Shown here: piece after piece, positions 62,641 to 64,000 of the stretch | Layout: every line of letters starts with the position of its first letter | Position numbering within the stretch: position 1 is the stretch's first letter | NCBI GenBank assembly: GCA_030265395.1 | Contig: JARFYF010000060.1 | Span: 18,266,809-18,330,808 of the forward strand | Reading direction: 5' to 3' | Source: Rhina ancylostomus | Taxonomy: Eukaryota | DNA length: 64,000 nt | Made by a program: the position numbers and the translations under genes | The notes under the pieces: generated by a model | Told to the model about the DNA's origin: nothing | Database searches by the model: none | Seen by the model: the letters and a program-made list of their open reading frames with translations, nothing else

Positions 62641-64000
62641 AACTTTAACTCCACTGGTCTCCCTGGGTCCATTCGAAGTGTGGATCACTCTAGGTGAGAA
62701 ATTCCTCCTGCTAACACTCCCAGATGTGATTTTTGATTATTATCAGCCCCTGTTCAACTCTGATAGAACTATTTAAATCTTCCAGTTTTGCCATTTCTGT
62801 ACCTATTACTGTATTTTCTACTTGTGCTGGGCAACACCTTTGCAGGTTAATAAATCAAAGTTCGTTTCAACTTTCCGTAAACCTGCATTCCTGACTAGCA
62901 CCTCTGCATAAATTCTTATCCACATTTCCTACCAACCAAAAGTACTCCATTGATTGTAAAGCAATTTGGATCAGCCTAAGGATTTGAAAGGTGCTACATA
63001 NNNNNNNNNNNNNNNNNNNNNNNNNNNNNNNNNNNNNNNNNNNNNNNNNNNNNNNNNNNNNNNNNNNNNNNNNNNNNNNNNNNNNNNNNNNNNNNNNNNN
63101 CCCCTTTACCACAGGATTATGACGTCGGTGTTATGTAAATAATATCCCTCAGCGTCAGTCATAATTATATGATAATTTATTTGTTATTAAAGTACTATCC
63201 AGTGCATTTTTACTCACTTTTAGTAAAACCGTAGCAAGAGTATAACTTATGAACAAAACATGATAACTATGCAACGCATGAATGTTTGTATGCATAACGT
63301 CATGGTCATTCGGTGTCGCTACGAGAATTTTGTTGCTTTGAATAAAATTTTCTTTGTTGTACACCTCACGCTTAGCAAAGCTCTGTCAGTTGTAACTCTC
63401 TTTACTATTCCCCTGGTTTATATATTAACCCTTCGAAGCTACTGCAAGGTTTCTTATAATTCCAGTGTACCCAAATGGTCTTGTGTGAGCTTGTTTTGAT
63501 TTCTATTCATTTTCTGATTTACTTCTAATTTTCAGAAGATGTAGAATGTTCCTTTAATAAATAATTTAATCCTGAGGTGACAAAAGATCATTGCTTAAGA
63601 CTNNNNNNNNNNTTCTTCTCTGGCTTTTCTGGTTCTTGTTCCAACACCAGATTGGCTTTGAAACATTGCATTCAAACTCATAAAAACCTGAGACAAATAG
63701 CAATGAAACTCCACCCTGTCAGCTGGAGCAGAGTTGTCACATTTGGGCCTCTGGTCCAAGGAGGAGGGAAGATATTAGCCATGGTCTTATGACGTTAATC
63801 AGAATAGAGTCCTGAGAAGTCAGCCATCAAGGTTCACATTTGTTGGCCCTAGCTATTGTTATTTACTTTTTAACCTCAATCCCTCATTCTTTCTTGATAT
63901 CCCTTCAATACTATTTTATCTCACCATCATTACTATTTGTCTCCTTTACCAAGACCACAGTTGATTCTGTGTCATTGGGTTATTTTCCATATTCTTACAA

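Overview
Vertebrate genomic DNA, most likely from a cartilaginous fish (shark or ray), judged from V-SINE/HE1-like, Deu-domain SINE, CR1, L2, Tx1 and Penelope relics. It is a draft assembly with many ~100-N gaps. No intact protein-coding gene is supported; the ORF track is mostly noise, repeats or transposon relics. The clear functional content is a + strand microRNA cluster: miR-100 (mature 47077-47098) and a let-7a-2-like hairpin (mature 48382-48403). Both sit in a TE-poor, CpG-enriched block (~40.4-48.9 kb) that looks like the promoter/enhancer region of the host pri-miRNA and carries three clustered NFI sites plus an X-box. The expected third member, miR-125, is not present intact, but a 5p-arm-like relic lies at 53827-53856. 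Also seen: a candidate decayed multi-exon gene on the minus strand (22.5-29.6 kb) and several Penelope-derived elements with degenerate hammerhead ribozyme cores. I found no convincing wholly new biological system. Comparisons to reference miRNA and TE sequences are from memory, not database searches, and TE boundaries are approximate.
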